In this document: piece after piece, positions 1-9,620 of the stretch | How the letters are laid out: each line of letters opens with the position of its first letter | Position numbering within the stretch: the stretch's first letter is position 1 | IMG/VR virus record: IMGVR_UViG_3300032288_002343 | Span: 64,001 to 114,174 of that record | Direction: 5' to 3' (one strand) | Source: a virus | Lineage: Duplodnaviria; Heunggongvirae; Uroviricota; Caudoviricetes | DNA length: 50,174 nt | The notes under the pieces: model-generated | What the model saw: the letters and a program-made list of their open reading frames with translations, nothing else | Told to the model about the DNA's origin: nothing | Database searches by the model: none | Translations under genes and position numbers: made by a program

Positions 1-218
1 ATCTTCTCATACTTAACAGCTTTGTAGCCATTGTCACGAGTAGTTACAACCTCAGGTATTACTTTCTCTACCTCCTGAGCAATAACTCCTATGTCATGAC
101 CTTCATTCTCATGTATTCCTTCCATAGGAATCCAATCAAACTCATAACCGCCAAGCTTAGAAACTTTGTCTATAGCATTATCAATCTTAGTCTTATTAGC
201 CTTTAATCTTTCGTCAGA
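1..218 (-). other. Peptidase S74 (endosialidase-type) intramolecular chaperone domain, partial
   Basis: SDERLK start followed by GYEFDW and [15 protein letters not shown], typical of the autocleaving trimerisation chaperone of phage fibres; predicted cleavage next to the Ser at 218-216. Confidence 0.85.
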
Positions 219-3200
219 GCTATAATAGGCAACAACGTCATTAGTTGCTCGAATCAATCCTACAGTAGTAGGAGTAGATGTTCCAACACCTAATGCACCA
301 TTTACATACAGGGTGGTACCATCAAATGTACAGTTAGCCTCAGCATTAATAGTAGTTGAATTTACAGAAGTAATCACTCTATTATCTGCAGGGTTAGTGT
401 ATGATGTAATACCTGCACTTGCACCCTGTGCTCCTGTTGGACCAGTAGCACCCTGAGCACCCTGTGCTCCATTTGCACCTGCTGCTCCCTGTGCACCTTG
501 TGCTCCCTGTGATCCATTTCTACCAGACGTACCTGATGTACCGCTCGTACCACTTGGACCAGTAGCTCCTTGGGCACCTGTCGCACCTTGTGCACCCGTC
601 GCACCTTGAGCTCCCGTAGGACCAGGACCTCCTGCTGCTCCTTGTGCACCCGTAGCTCCCTGAGCACCTGTTGGACCAACTACTGTTGCGCCACTAGTTC
701 CAGATGTACCACTTGGACCTGTTGCCCCTTGAGCACCAGTAGGACCAGGGCCTCCCGTTGCACCCTGAGCACCCGTAGCTCCTTGTGCTCCTGTTGGGCC
801 AGGACCTCCAGTAGCTCCTTGAGCTCCTGTTGCTCCTTGTGCACCAGTGGGACCAGTCACAGTTGCTCCAGAAGTACCAGATGTACCACTAGGACCAGTT
901 GCACCTTGTGCTCCCGTTGGTCCAAGTGGACCTGTTGCTCCTTGTGCACCTGTTGGACCTGCTGGTCCTGTTGCACCCTGAGCTCCAGTGGGTCCTGTAA
1001 CCGTAGCCCCACTTGTTCCAGATGTACCAGCAGCACCCTGTGCCCCTTGCGCTCCCGTAGGACCAGTAGGACCAGTTGCGCCTTGTGCGCCCTGAGCTCC
1101 TTGAGATCCATTTCTTCCTGATGTACCAGATGTTCCAGATGTACCAGATGAACCACTAGCACCCTGAGCACCCGTTGCACCCTGAGCCCCAGTAGGGCCT
1201 GTTGGACCAACTGCACCCTGAGCTCCAGTAGCACCTTGTGCACCAGTTGGACCAACTACTGTAGCACCTGACGTACCTGATGTACCACTACTTCCACTAG
1301 CACCTGTAGGACCAGTGGCCCCTTGTGCTCCAGTAGGACCTGTAGCACCCTGTGCTCCTTGTGCACCTGTGGGTCCTGTTATAGTAGCACCTGATGTACC
1401 TGATGTGCCAGAACTACCTGAAGCACCTTGCGCTCCTGTAGGACCTGTTGCACCCTGTGCACCCTGAGCACCCGTAGGACCTGTAATGGTTGCACCACTT
1501 GTACCTGAAGTACCAGAACTACCACTTGCTCCTTGTGCACCTGTAGCACCTTGAGCTCCTGTTGCACCTTGTGCCCCTTGAGCACCTTGCGATCCATTTC
1601 TACCAGACGTACCACTTGTTCCTGACGTTCCAGAAGATCCACTAGCACCCTGCGCACCAGTGGCTCCTTGTGCTCCAGTCGCACCCTGAGCACCAGTTGG
1701 ACCTGTTATTGTAGCTCCACTTGTTCCACTTGTTCCAGAAGTTCCTGCAGCACCCTGAGCACCTGTTGGTCCTGTTGCACCTTGAGCACCCTGGGCTCCT
1801 GTTGGTCCTGTAATAGTTGCACCTGATGTACCAGACGTGCCAGAAGAACCGCTTGCTCCCTGAGCTCCCGTTGGACCAGTGGCTCCCTGAGCTCCTTGAG
1901 CTCCTGTAGGACCAGTTATAGTTGCACCACTTGTACCACTAGTTCCACTAGAACCAGATGCTCCTTGGGCACCTTGAGCTCCTGTTGGACCTGTGATTGT
2001 GGCTCCTGATGTTCCACTTGTTCCTGAACTTCCTGCTGCTCCTTGAGCACCAGTAGCACCCTGAGCGCCAGTAGCTCCTTGAGGACCAGTTGGACCTGTT
2101 ATACTAACGCCAGATGTTCCAGCTGTACCTGATGTTCCAGAAGAACCACTTGCACCTTGGGCTCCAGTAGCCCCTTGTGCTCCTTGAGCGCCCTGTGCAC
2201 CAGTAGGTCCAGTAATACTTACACCAGATGTACCAGAGGTACCAGTTGTGCCAGACGTTCCAGATGATCCAGAAGCACCTTGAGCACCTGTAGCTCCCTG
2301 TGCACCTTGAGGACCTGTAGGACCAGTGATACTAACACCTGATGTACCAGCAGTACCTGATGTACCACTAGATCCAGATGCTCCTTGAGCTCCCTGAGCA
2401 CCCACCGCACCTTGAGCACCTTGAGGTCCTGTAATACTAACACCAGAAGTACCAGCAGTTCCAGAGGTACCTGAAGTACCAGAAGAACCTGCTGCTCCTT
2501 GTGCACCAACAGCGCCTTGAGCCCCCTGAGCACCTTGTGCTCCAGTGATACTCACACCACTAGTTCCAGCTGTACCACTGGTACCGCTGGTTCCACTAGA
2601 TCCTGAAGCGCCCTGTGCACCTTGTGCACCATTTATTCCTGAAGTACCAGAAGAACCAGAGGTTCCACTCGTTGCACTTGTTCCTGAACTACCACTTGCT
2701 CCTTGAGCTCCCTGTGCTCCATTTATTCCAGATGTTCCAGAGGAACCGCTGGTACCAGAAGTACCAGAGCTTCCACTAGCACCTTGTGCCCCTTGTGCAC
2801 CCTGTGCACCTGTTATACTAACGCCAGACGTACCAGCAGTACCACTAGTGCCACTGGAGCCAGCAGCTCCTTGTGCTCCTTGAGCACCGTTCACTCCAGA
2901 CGTTCCAGATGTACCACTTGTAGCACTAGTACCAGAAGTACCAGAACTACCGCTTGCACCCTGTGCTCCTTGTGCCCCATTTACCCCACTACTACCACTT
3001 GTACCTGATGATCCACTAGTTCCACTTGTAGCACTTGTGCCACTAGTTCCAGAAGAACCACTAGCTCCCTGAGCTCCTTGTGCACCAGCTGTACCGCTAG
3101 TACCAGAAGTGCCAGAAGAACCAGATGAACCGCTTGATCCTGAAGTACCACTAGATCCTGACGTACCTGTAGTACCACTAGATCCACTAGTCCCAGAAGT

Positions 3201-3476
3201 ACCACTAGAACCACTGGTACCAGCAGTACCTGCTGTTCCAGAGGAACCATCTTCACCAGGCATTCCTGCTAACTGGACTGTCCAACTAGTATATGTACCG
3301 CTTCCTACAGAAACGAATGGTTTAACGGTGAGAGCACCGTTACCACTATTGTAGGAAACCACCTGACCAATAATATAATTATTAGCATCATGGGTTAGTT
3401 GAACAAAGTCACCTATTACAAAGGATAGCCCAGTGTCGGTTGTTATAGAGAGATTGGGATAATTAGGAAAGGGCAT
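1..3476 (-). CDS. Collagen-like tail fibre with C-terminal Peptidase S74 intramolecular chaperone (3'-partial, at least 1158 aa; not in ORF track)
   Basis: ATG at 3476 after an AT-rich initiation region. Manual translation: [33 protein letters not shown]...[14 protein letters not shown], then GAQ/GPT/GTS triplets, then ...[40 protein letters not shown]...[32 protein letters not shown] at the window edge. Both ends are in the same frame and the ORF track lists no stop-terminated ORF in this frame. Confidence 0.88.
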   Translation of the reverse strand, partial: MPFPNYPNLSITTDTGLSFVIGDFVQLTHDANNYIIGQVVSYNSGNGALTVKPFVSVGSGTYTSWTVQLAGMPGEDGSSGTAGTAGTSGSSGTSGTSGSSGTTGTSGSSGTSGSSGSSGSSGTSGTSGTAGAQGAQGASGSSGTSGTSATSGTSGSSGTSGSSGVNGAQGAQGASGSSGTSGTSATSGTSGTSGVNGAQGAQGAAGSSGTSGTAGTSGVSITGAQGAQGAQGASGSSGTSGTSGSSGTSGINGAQGAQGASGSSGTSATSGTSGSSGTSGINGAQGAQGASGSSGTSGTSGTAGTSGVSITGAQGAQGAQGAVGAQGAAGSSGTSGTSGTAGTSGVSITGPQGAQGAVGAQGAQGASGSSGTSGTAGTSGVSITGPTGPQGAQGATGAQGASGSSGTSGTTGTSGTSGVSITGPTGAQGAQGAQGATGAQGASGSSGTSGTAGTSGVSITGPTGPQGATGAQGATGAQGAAGSSGTSGTSGATITGPTGAQGAQGASGSSGTSGTSGATITGPTGAQGAQGATGPTGAQGASGSSGTSGTSGATITGPTGAQGAQGATGPTGAQGAAGTSGTSGTSGATITGPTGAQGATGAQGATGAQGASGSSGTSGTSGTSGRNGSQGAQGAQGATGAQGATGAQGASGSSGTSGTSGATITGPTGAQGAQGATGPTGAQGASGSSGTSGTSGATITGPTGAQGAQGATGPTGAQGATGPTGASGSSGTSGTSGATVVGPTGAQGATGAQGAVGPTGPTGAQGATGAQGASGSSGTSGTSGTSGRNGSQGAQGAQGATGPTGPTGAQGAQGAAGTSGTSGATVTGPTGAQGATGPAGPTGAQGATGPLGPTGAQGATGPSGTSGTSGATVTGPTGAQGATGAQGATGGPGPTGAQGATGAQGATGGPGPTGAQGATGPSGTSGTSGATVVGPTGAQGATGAQGAAGGPGPTGAQGATGAQGATGAQGATGPSGTSGTSGTSGRNGSQGAQGAQGAAGANGAQGAQGATGPTGAQGASAGITSYTNPADNRVITSVNSTTINAEANCTFDGTTLYVNGALGVGTSTPTTVGLIRATNDVVAYYSSDERLKANKTKIDNAIDKVSKLGGYEFDWIPMEGIHENEGHDIGVIAQEVEKVIPEVVTTRDNGYKAVKYEK
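430..3250 (-). repeat. Gly-X-Y coding repeat (GAQ/GPT/GAT blocks alternating with GTS/GSS), 16 register-breaking spacers
   Basis: Manual translation; G-VSIT-G (6 copies), G-ATIT-G (6) and G-ATV[T/V]-G (4) spacers between about 680 and 2825. Confidence 0.9.
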
Positions 3477-3502
3477 TGTATATTATTTATTTAATTTATA
3501 GA

Positions 3503-6500
3503 TTATGCCTCAGCCAAAGGCAAATTTATTGAGTTAGAAGAACTTCCTGTAAAGTCAGGGCTTGTTCCACTTGTACCTGCTGTACCGCTGGTTCCACTTG
3601 TGCCACTAGTCCCACTTGTACCTGATGTACCGCTGGTTCCTGTAGTACCACTTGTGCCAGATGTGCCAGCAGTTCCTGATGTACCAGAAGTACCGCTAGT
3701 GCCTGTTGTACCAGAAGTTCCAGATGATCCAGACGTTCCTGATGTTCCAGTTGTACCACTAGTTCCTGAAGAACCTGACGTTCCGCTAGTACCTGTAGTT
3801 CCAGAAGTTCCTGAAGTACCGCTGCTTCCACTAGTTCCTGATGTACCTGAGGTACCAGAAGTTCCAGTTGTTCCAGATGTTCCTGACGTACCTGTAGTTC
3901 CAGAAGTACCTGAAGAGCCAGATGTACCTGTTGTACCAGAAGTGCCTGACGTTCCTGTAGTTCCTGATGTGCCAGAGGTTCCAGAAGTACCTGACGTACC
4001 ACTGCTTCCGCTAGTACCAGTAGTACCACTTGTTCCAGCCGTACCACTTGTTCCGCTAGTACCTGATGTGCCTGTTGTACCAGATGTACCGCTAGTACCA
4101 GATGTTCCAGTAGTGCCAGATGTGCCACTTGTACCAGTAGTTCCTGAGCTTCCAGAAGTACCAGAAGTTCCTGTGGTTCCAGAAGTTCCACTAGTTCCTG
4201 TGGTACCAGAGGTTCCAGAAGAACCGCTTGTTCCAGAAGTACCTGTAGTTCCACTGGTTCCAGATGTACCTGCAGTACCGCTAGTTCCAGATGTGCCACT
4301 CGTTCCTGTAGTTCCAGACGTTCCAGAGGAACCACTTGTACCTGTAGTACCACTTGTACCACTGGTGCCTGTAGTTCCGCTAGTTCCACTGCTTCCTGAG
4401 GAGCCTGATGTGCCACTAGTGCCAGCTGTTCCGCTTGTGCCTGAAGTACCAGTTGTCCCTGACGTACCTGAAGTACCAGTTGTTCCACTAGTTCCGCTGC
4501 TTCCACTTGTTCCACTAGTACCTGTAGTGCCAGATGTTCCACTAGAACCTGAAGTTCCACTAGTTCCTGCCGTACCACTTGTACCAGAAGTACCTGTTGT
4601 TCCACTTGTTCCGCTAGTTCCAGCTGTACCTGACGTACCACTAGTACCTGATGTACCCGTTGTGCCACTAGTACCAGACGTTCCAGAAGAACCTGATGTA
4701 CCAGATGTACCGCTTGTACCATCAATTCCTGATGTACCTGAAGTGCCAGCAGTTCCAGAAGTTCCAGATGTTCCACTTGTACCACTCGTACCTGAAGTAC
4801 CTGATGTACCTGTGGTTCCAGATGTTCCACTAGATCCACTTGTTCCAGATGTACCAGTTGTACCAGACGTTCCACTTGTACCTGTGGTGCCAGATGTACC
4901 TGAGCTTCCACTTGTACCAGAGGTTCCTGTTGTGCCAGAAGTACCACTCGTACCACTAGACCCACTCGTTCCTGTTGTACCAGATGTTCCAGAGGAACCT
5001 GCAGTTCCACTTGTTCCAGAAGTTCCAGTAGTTCCAGACGTACCAGAGGTTCCTGATGTTCCTGTTGTACCTGAGCTTCCGCTAGTTCCACTTGTACCTG
5101 AAGTTCCTGCAGTACCTGATGTTCCAGACGTACCGCTAGTTCCACTAGTACCATCTATTCCTGAAGTTCCACTGGTACCAGCTGTTCCAGCTGTACCACT
5201 TGAACCACTTGTTCCTGAAGTACCACTTGTACCTGTTGTCCCTGATGTGCCACTAGTTCCTGCAGTGCCAGAAGTACCTGTTGTGCCTGATGTACCAGAA
5301 GTTCCAGAGCTACCACTTGTTCCAGAGGTTCCAGAACATATACCGTTATTAGAAAGACTATAATTTCCACTAGCCACCTGAACACTGCCTCCTATTGCAC
5401 AGAAGGTTTGAGAACCATCTGTAAGAGGACCCATGCTCACTATAGCTCCTGTACAATCAAGATAGTCATAGTAAAGATCTCCACCTCCAGAAACATACGT
5501 AATTGTATAATTTATACAGCTTTGACCGCTTGTTCCTGAAGTTCCACTAGTTCCATCTACTCCAGAAGTACCACTTGTACCAGAAGAGCCAGATGTACCA
5601 GAAGTACCTGATGTACCAGAAGTACCAGTAGTTCCACTTGTGCCAGAACTACCACTTGTTCCAGAGGTACCTGTTGTTCCAGAAGTACCTGAACTTCCAC
5701 TAGTACCTGATGTTCCAGATGTTCCACTTGATCCTGAACTTCCACTCGTACCTGAACTACCTGAGCAAACTCCATTATATGTTAATGTACCAGTATCATA
5801 TACTACTGAGCCAGCAATTGCACAGAATGTTACACTTCCAATATCTTTTGAGGTACTTTCAGAAGTACCGTTACAAGCTGTATAACTATAATTACCACCT
5901 GCGCCAGTTAATGTATAACTAGCACAAGTAAGTCCATCAACTCCACTTGTTCCAGAAGTACCAGATGTACCTGATGTTCCACTTGTCCCTGTAGTACCAG
6001 AGCTTCCGCTTGTACCACTTGTTCCACTTGTTCCATCTATTCCTGAAGTGCCACTTGTACCGCTGGTACCAGTTGTTCCACTTGTACCACTAGTGCCAGT
6101 TGTCCCTGATGTACCAGAAGAACCACTTGTTCCACTTGTACCTGTTGTTCCAGATGTTCCAGATGTTCCAGATGTTCCTGAAGAACCACTTGTTCCAGAG
6201 GTCCCTGATGTTCCAGTTGTACCTGATGTACCTGATGTACCTGATGTACCACTTGTTCCTGAAGTGCCTGAAGTTCCATCAATTCCACTAGATCCGCTAG
6301 TACCAGATGTCCCACTTGTACCAGAAGTTCCACTTGTGCCTGACGTACCATCAATACCACTCGTACCAGATGTACCAGATGTGCCTGATGTACCATCTAT
6401 TCCAGACGTTCCACTTGTACCAGAGGTACCAGTAGATCCACTTGTTCCTGAAGTTCCACTAGTTCCAGTAGTTCCTGAACTACCGCTAGTGCCTGAGGTT

Positions 6501-9211
6501 CCAGATGTACCTGATGATCCTGAAGTACCATCAATACCAGAGGTACCACTAGTTCCAGAAGTCCCACTCGTACCTGATGTTCCAGAGGAACCTGAAGTTC
6601 CGTCTATACCAGATGTGCCTGAACTACCTGATGTACCAGCTGTACCTGAAGTTCCGTCCACACCTGAAGTACCACTTGTACCTGATGTACCCGTTGTACC
6701 AGATGTACCAGAGGTTCCATCTACACCACTAGTTCCAGACGTACCTGCTGTTCCGCTTGTACCAGATGTACCATCTATACCGCTAGTTCCAGAAGTACCA
6801 CTAGTTCCAGAGCTACCAGCTGTTCCACTGGTACCACTAGTACCTGTTGTACCTGAAGTACCAGAAGTACCTGAGGTTCCATCTATACCACTACTACCTG
6901 AAGTACCGCTTGTTCCAGAGGTACCCGTTGTACCACTTGTACCAGAGGTACCGTCAATACCACTAGTGCCTGATGTGCCACTAGAGCCTGATGTTCCTGC
7001 AGAGCCAGAAGTTCCGCTGGTGCCATCAATTCCACTAGTACCACTAGTACCACTCGTTCCAGTAGTGCCGCTTGTTCCAGAGGTTCCATCAATTCCAGAA
7101 GTACCAGATGTGCCTGAAGTTCCAGATGTGCCACTTGTACCGTCTACACCTGAAGTTCCAGATGTACCGTCAATACCTGAAGTACCACTTGTACCGCTGC
7201 TGCCACTAGTGCCGCTGGTACCACTAGTACCATCAACACCTGAGCTTCCAGAAGTACCACTTGTTCCACTTGTTCCACTAGAACCTGAAGTACCATCTAT
7301 ACCACTAGTTCCAGAAGTTCCAGAAGAACCGCTAGAGCCAGAAGTTCCTGATGTGCCAGATGTTCCATCAATACCTGATGTACCATCGATACCACTTGTA
7401 CCTGAAGTTCCAGCTGTTCCACTAGTGCCAGAAGTACCATCAATACCTGAAGTTCCAGATGTTCCAGATGTACCTGCAGTTCCTGAGGTTCCATCTACAC
7501 CTGAAGTGCCACTTGTACCAGAAGTTCCATCTACACCTGATGTTCCAGAAGTGCCATCAATACCTGATGACCCTGATGTTCCTGATGTTCCTGATGTGCC
7601 CGTTGTACCTGAGGTACCACTGGTTCCATCAATTCCTGATGTTCCAGAACTACCTGATGTACCACTCGTGCCATCTATTCCTGAAGAACCAGATGTTCCT
7701 GATGTACCGTCAACTCCAGAAGTACCACTTGTGCCACTAACACCAGATGTACCTGAAGTTCCACTTGTTCCATCAATACCACTTGTTCCTGAAGTTCCGT
7801 CTATTCCTGAGCTACCTGAAGTGCCACTAGTACCATCTATGCCAGATGTTCCAGAGGTTCCAGTTGTTCCACTAGTACCGCTAGATCCACTCACACCACT
7901 AGTGCCACTCGTACCACTAGTTCCGTCTACACCACTTGTACCATCTATTCCACTGGTTCCTGATGTTCCAGAAGTTCCGTCAATACCACTTGTTCCACTA
8001 GTTCCATCGATACCAGATGTACCAGATGTGCCAGAGATTCCAGAGGTTCCTGACGTACCAGATGTACCATCAATTCCTGAAGTTCCGTCTATACCTGATG
8101 TTCCTGACGTACCAGATGTTCCTGATACACCACTAGTACCATCTATTCCAGATGTACCACTAGATCCAGAAACTCCACTTGTTCCACTTGTACCGCTTGT
8201 TCCATCTATACCAGATGTTCCATCAATACCACTAGTACCTGAAGTTCCACTCGTACCATCCACTCCACTTGTTCCAGATGTTCCATCCACACCTGATGTT
8301 CCACTGGTTCCTGCTGTACCAGAAACACCAGAGGTTCCGCTTGTACCATTAATACCAGAAGTACCAGAAGTACCGTCAACACCAGATGTTCCATTGATAC
8401 CAGATGTTCCTGAAGTACCATTCACTCCACTAGTTCCTGAACTACCACTTGTACCAGCAGTACCAGAAACTCCACTAGTACCACTCGTTCCGTCTATTCC
8501 ACTAGTACCAGAGGTGCCATCAATTCCAGATGTACCTGCTACACCAGATGTACCAGATGTTCCATTAACTCCACTTGTTCCACTACTACCAGATGTTCCA
8601 CTACTTCCAGAAATGCCAGAAGATCCAGAAGAACCAGATGTTCCGCTAGATCCATTTGAACCACTTGTTCCAGATGAACCATTTGTTCCTGATGTTCCAG
8701 AAGAACCAGACACACCACTTGTTCCTGAAGCACCAGCAGCTCCTTGAGCTCCTTGAGATCCTTGTGCACCTTGTGCTCCAACAGAACCCTGAGCACCTTG
8801 AGCACCTTGAGCTCCAGTTACACCACTTGTTCCAGATACACCACTGGTCCCTGAAGTACCACTAGTTCCTGAACTTCCAGCAGAACCACTACCTCCTCCA
8901 GAAGGACCTTGTGGGCCTTGAGGACCCTGCGCTCCTTGTGCTCCGTTTACACCTGAGGTTCCAGAAGTACCAGACAATCCTGCACTTGAAAACAGATCAT
9001 CTAATTTCTGTATGACAACTTGAAGATTGTCATTAGTGTTGATTCCTGAATATATTAAATTAGGTCCTTCATAGAAAACACAGGTTGCATTTAATATGAC
9101 AGGACATGGGTTTGCCACGCAGTTAGCCACGCTACTTTTAGAAGCTGGTGGACAGGGTTTAGCTGATGACCCTGATTTACCATATTGCGAATTGGAAGGT
9201 AGTACGTTCAT
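3503..9211 (-). CDS. Giant Gly-Thr-Ser repeat fibre protein (1902 aa) with Cys-rich N-terminal anchor domain
   Basis: N-terminal CVFYEGPNLIYSGINTNDNLQVVIQKLDD shared with three other genes here; about 1700 aa of (GTS)n; two embedded Cys modules; TAA stop. Confidence 0.85.
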   Translation of the reverse strand: MNVLPSNSQYGKSGSSAKPCPPASKSSVANCVANPCPVILNATCVFYEGPNLIYSGINTNDNLQVVIQKLDDLFSSAGLSGTSGTSGVNGAQGAQGPQGPQGPSGGGSGSAGSSGTSGTSGTSGVSGTSGVTGAQGAQGAQGSVGAQGAQGSQGAQGAAGASGTSGVSGSSGTSGTNGSSGTSGSNGSSGTSGSSGSSGISGSSGTSGSSGTSGVNGTSGTSGVAGTSGIDGTSGTSGIDGTSGTSGVSGTAGTSGSSGTSGVNGTSGTSGINGTSGVDGTSGTSGINGTSGTSGVSGTAGTSGTSGVDGTSGTSGVDGTSGTSGTSGIDGTSGIDGTSGTSGTSGVSGSSGTSGIDGTSGVSGTSGTSGTSGIDGTSGIDGTSGTSGTSGISGTSGTSGIDGTSGTSGIDGTSGTSGTSGIDGTSGVDGTSGTSGTSGVSGSSGTSGTTGTSGTSGIDGTSGTSGSSGIDGTSGTSGIDGTSGTSGTSGVSGTSGTSGVDGTSGTSGSSGIDGTSGTSGSSGTSGIDGTSGTSGTTGTSGTSGTSGSSGIDGTSGTSGVDGTSGTSGTSGVDGTSGTAGTSGTSGTSGIDGTSGTSGTAGTSGTSGIDGTSGIDGTSGTSGTSGSSGSSGTSGTSGIDGTSGSSGTSGTSGTSGSSGVDGTSGTSGTSGSSGTSGTSGIDGTSGTSGVDGTSGTSGTSGTSGTSGIDGTSGTSGTTGTSGTSGTSGIDGTSGTSGSAGTSGSSGTSGTSGIDGTSGTSGTTGTSGTSGTSGSSGIDGTSGTSGTSGTTGTSGTSGTAGSSGTSGTSGTSGIDGTSGTSGTAGTSGTSGVDGTSGTSGTTGTSGTSGTSGVDGTSGTAGTSGSSGTSGIDGTSGSSGTSGTSGTSGTSGTSGIDGTSGSSGTSGTSGTSGSSGTTGTSGTSGTSGSTGTSGTSGTSGIDGTSGTSGTSGTSGIDGTSGTSGTSGTSGTSGTSGSSGIDGTSGTSGTSGTSGTSGTSGTTGTSGTSGTSGSSGTSGTSGTSGTTGTSGTSGSSGTSGTTGTSGTSGTTGTSGTSGTSGIDGTSGTSGTSGSSGTTGTSGTSGTSGTSGTSGVDGLTCASYTLTGAGGNYSYTACNGTSESTSKDIGSVTFCAIAGSVVYDTGTLTYNGVCSGSSGTSGSSGSSGTSGTSGTSGSSGTSGTTGTSGTSGSSGTSGTTGTSGTSGTSGTSGSSGTSGTSGVDGTSGTSGTSGQSCINYTITYVSGGGDLYYDYLDCTGAIVSMGPLTDGSQTFCAIGGSVQVASGNYSLSNNGICSGTSGTSGSSGTSGTSGTTGTSGTAGTSGTSGTTGTSGTSGTSGSSGTAGTAGTSGTSGIDGTSGTSGTSGTSGTAGTSGTSGTSGSSGTTGTSGTSGTSGTTGTSGTSGTAGSSGTSGTTGTSGSSGTSGTSGTTGTSGTSGSSGTSGTTGTSGTSGTTGTSGTSGSSGTSGTTGTSGTSGTSGTSGTSGTSGTAGTSGTSGIDGTSGTSGTSGSSGTSGTSGTTGTSGTSGTSGTAGTSGTSGTTGTSGTSGTAGTSGTSGSSGTSGTTGTSGTSGSSGTSGTTGTSGTSGTTGTSGTSGTAGTSGTSGSSGSSGTSGTTGTSGTSGTTGTSGSSGTSGTTGTSGTSGTSGTAGTSGTSGTTGTSGTSGSSGTSGTTGTSGTSGTTGTSGTSGSSGTTGTSGTSGTTGTSGTSGTSGTTGTSGTSGTSGTAGTSGTTGTSGSSGTSGTSGTSGTSGTTGTSGTSGTTGTSGSSGTSGTTGTSGTSGTTGTSGTSGTSGTSGSSGTSGTSGTTGTSGTSGSSGTSGTTGTSGTSGSSGTSGTTGTSGTSGTSGTAGTSGTSGTTGTSGTSGTSGTSGTSGTSGTAGTSGTSPDFTGSSSNSINLPLAEA
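3560..8980 (-). repeat. (Gly-Thr-Ser)n coding repeat with GID/GVD, GTT, GTA, GSS variants
   Basis: Gly at every third residue for about 5.4 kb; synonymous codons are varied so there is no long exact nucleotide tandem repeat by eye. Confidence 0.95.
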
Positions 9212-9219
9212 GTCTTAAA

Positions 9220-9615
9220 TTAATGTACGATTTTTAATATATCTCCTGTGCGGTATACTTGGCCTAACTGAAGACCACCCAAAATAGCAGCATTATTATC
9301 TGCAAACTCAGGTGCTCCTGCATATCCAACAGAAAGAACAATCTTCCAGTCTAAAGCACCTGTACCTGTAGTTTGAGCATAGTATAGATTCTCAGATCCA
9401 GAAGTTCTTACATAAAGTTGTCCTAAATAAATAGCCCCTGCTGTAGGAGCATTAGTTCCTGTAACAGGAACAAGATTGTCATTTATCTTACCAAGTGCAA
9501 CCTCTACAGAATCAAGAGGGTTGACGTCAATATTGGTCAGATATTCTCCATTATAGAGGATGCAGAGAGCATTCTCGTAATAAGGACAGGTTGGGCAAAT
9601 TGCAGCAGTACGCAT
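9220..9615 (-). CDS. Short fibre/decoration protein (131 aa) with the shared anchor domain
   Basis: CILYNGEYLTNIDVNPLDSVEVALGKIND matches the N-termini of 3503..9211, 44446..44697 and 44719..45861; C-terminal FADNNAAILGGLQLGQVYRTGDILKIVH resembles small phage fibre tip motifs (recalled, not searched). Confidence 0.7.
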   Translation of the reverse strand: MRTAAICPTCPYYENALCILYNGEYLTNIDVNPLDSVEVALGKINDNLVPVTGTNAPTAGAIYLGQLYVRTSGSENLYYAQTTGTGALDWKIVLSVGYAGAPEFADNNAAILGGLQLGQVYRTGDILKIVH

Positions 9616-9620
9616 ATTAG

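Noticed and set aside
374-3354. Short ORFs listed in the track across the left end
   Set aside because: All are alternative frames of the unlisted fibre ORF starting at 3476.
3600-8747. Long plus-strand ORFs (587 aa and 899 aa, PLVP/PDVP repeats) and minus-strand VLVE/QEL-rich ORFs
   Set aside because: Shadow frames of GGN-ACN-(AGY/TCN) codons, which rarely produce stops; no initiation signals or independent domains.
3560-8980. Ice-nucleation protein or Bacteroidota O-glycosylation sequons in the GTS array
   Set aside because: Repeat does not match the AGYGSTxT octapeptide of InaZ; acidic triplets give D-G-T, not the D-(S/T)-(A/I/L/V/M/T) sequon.
1-9211. CRISPR array or DGR template/variable repeat
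   Set aside because: Repeats are coding and codon-degenerate with no constant repeat-spacer pattern; no adenine-specific repeat pair or reverse transcriptase seen.
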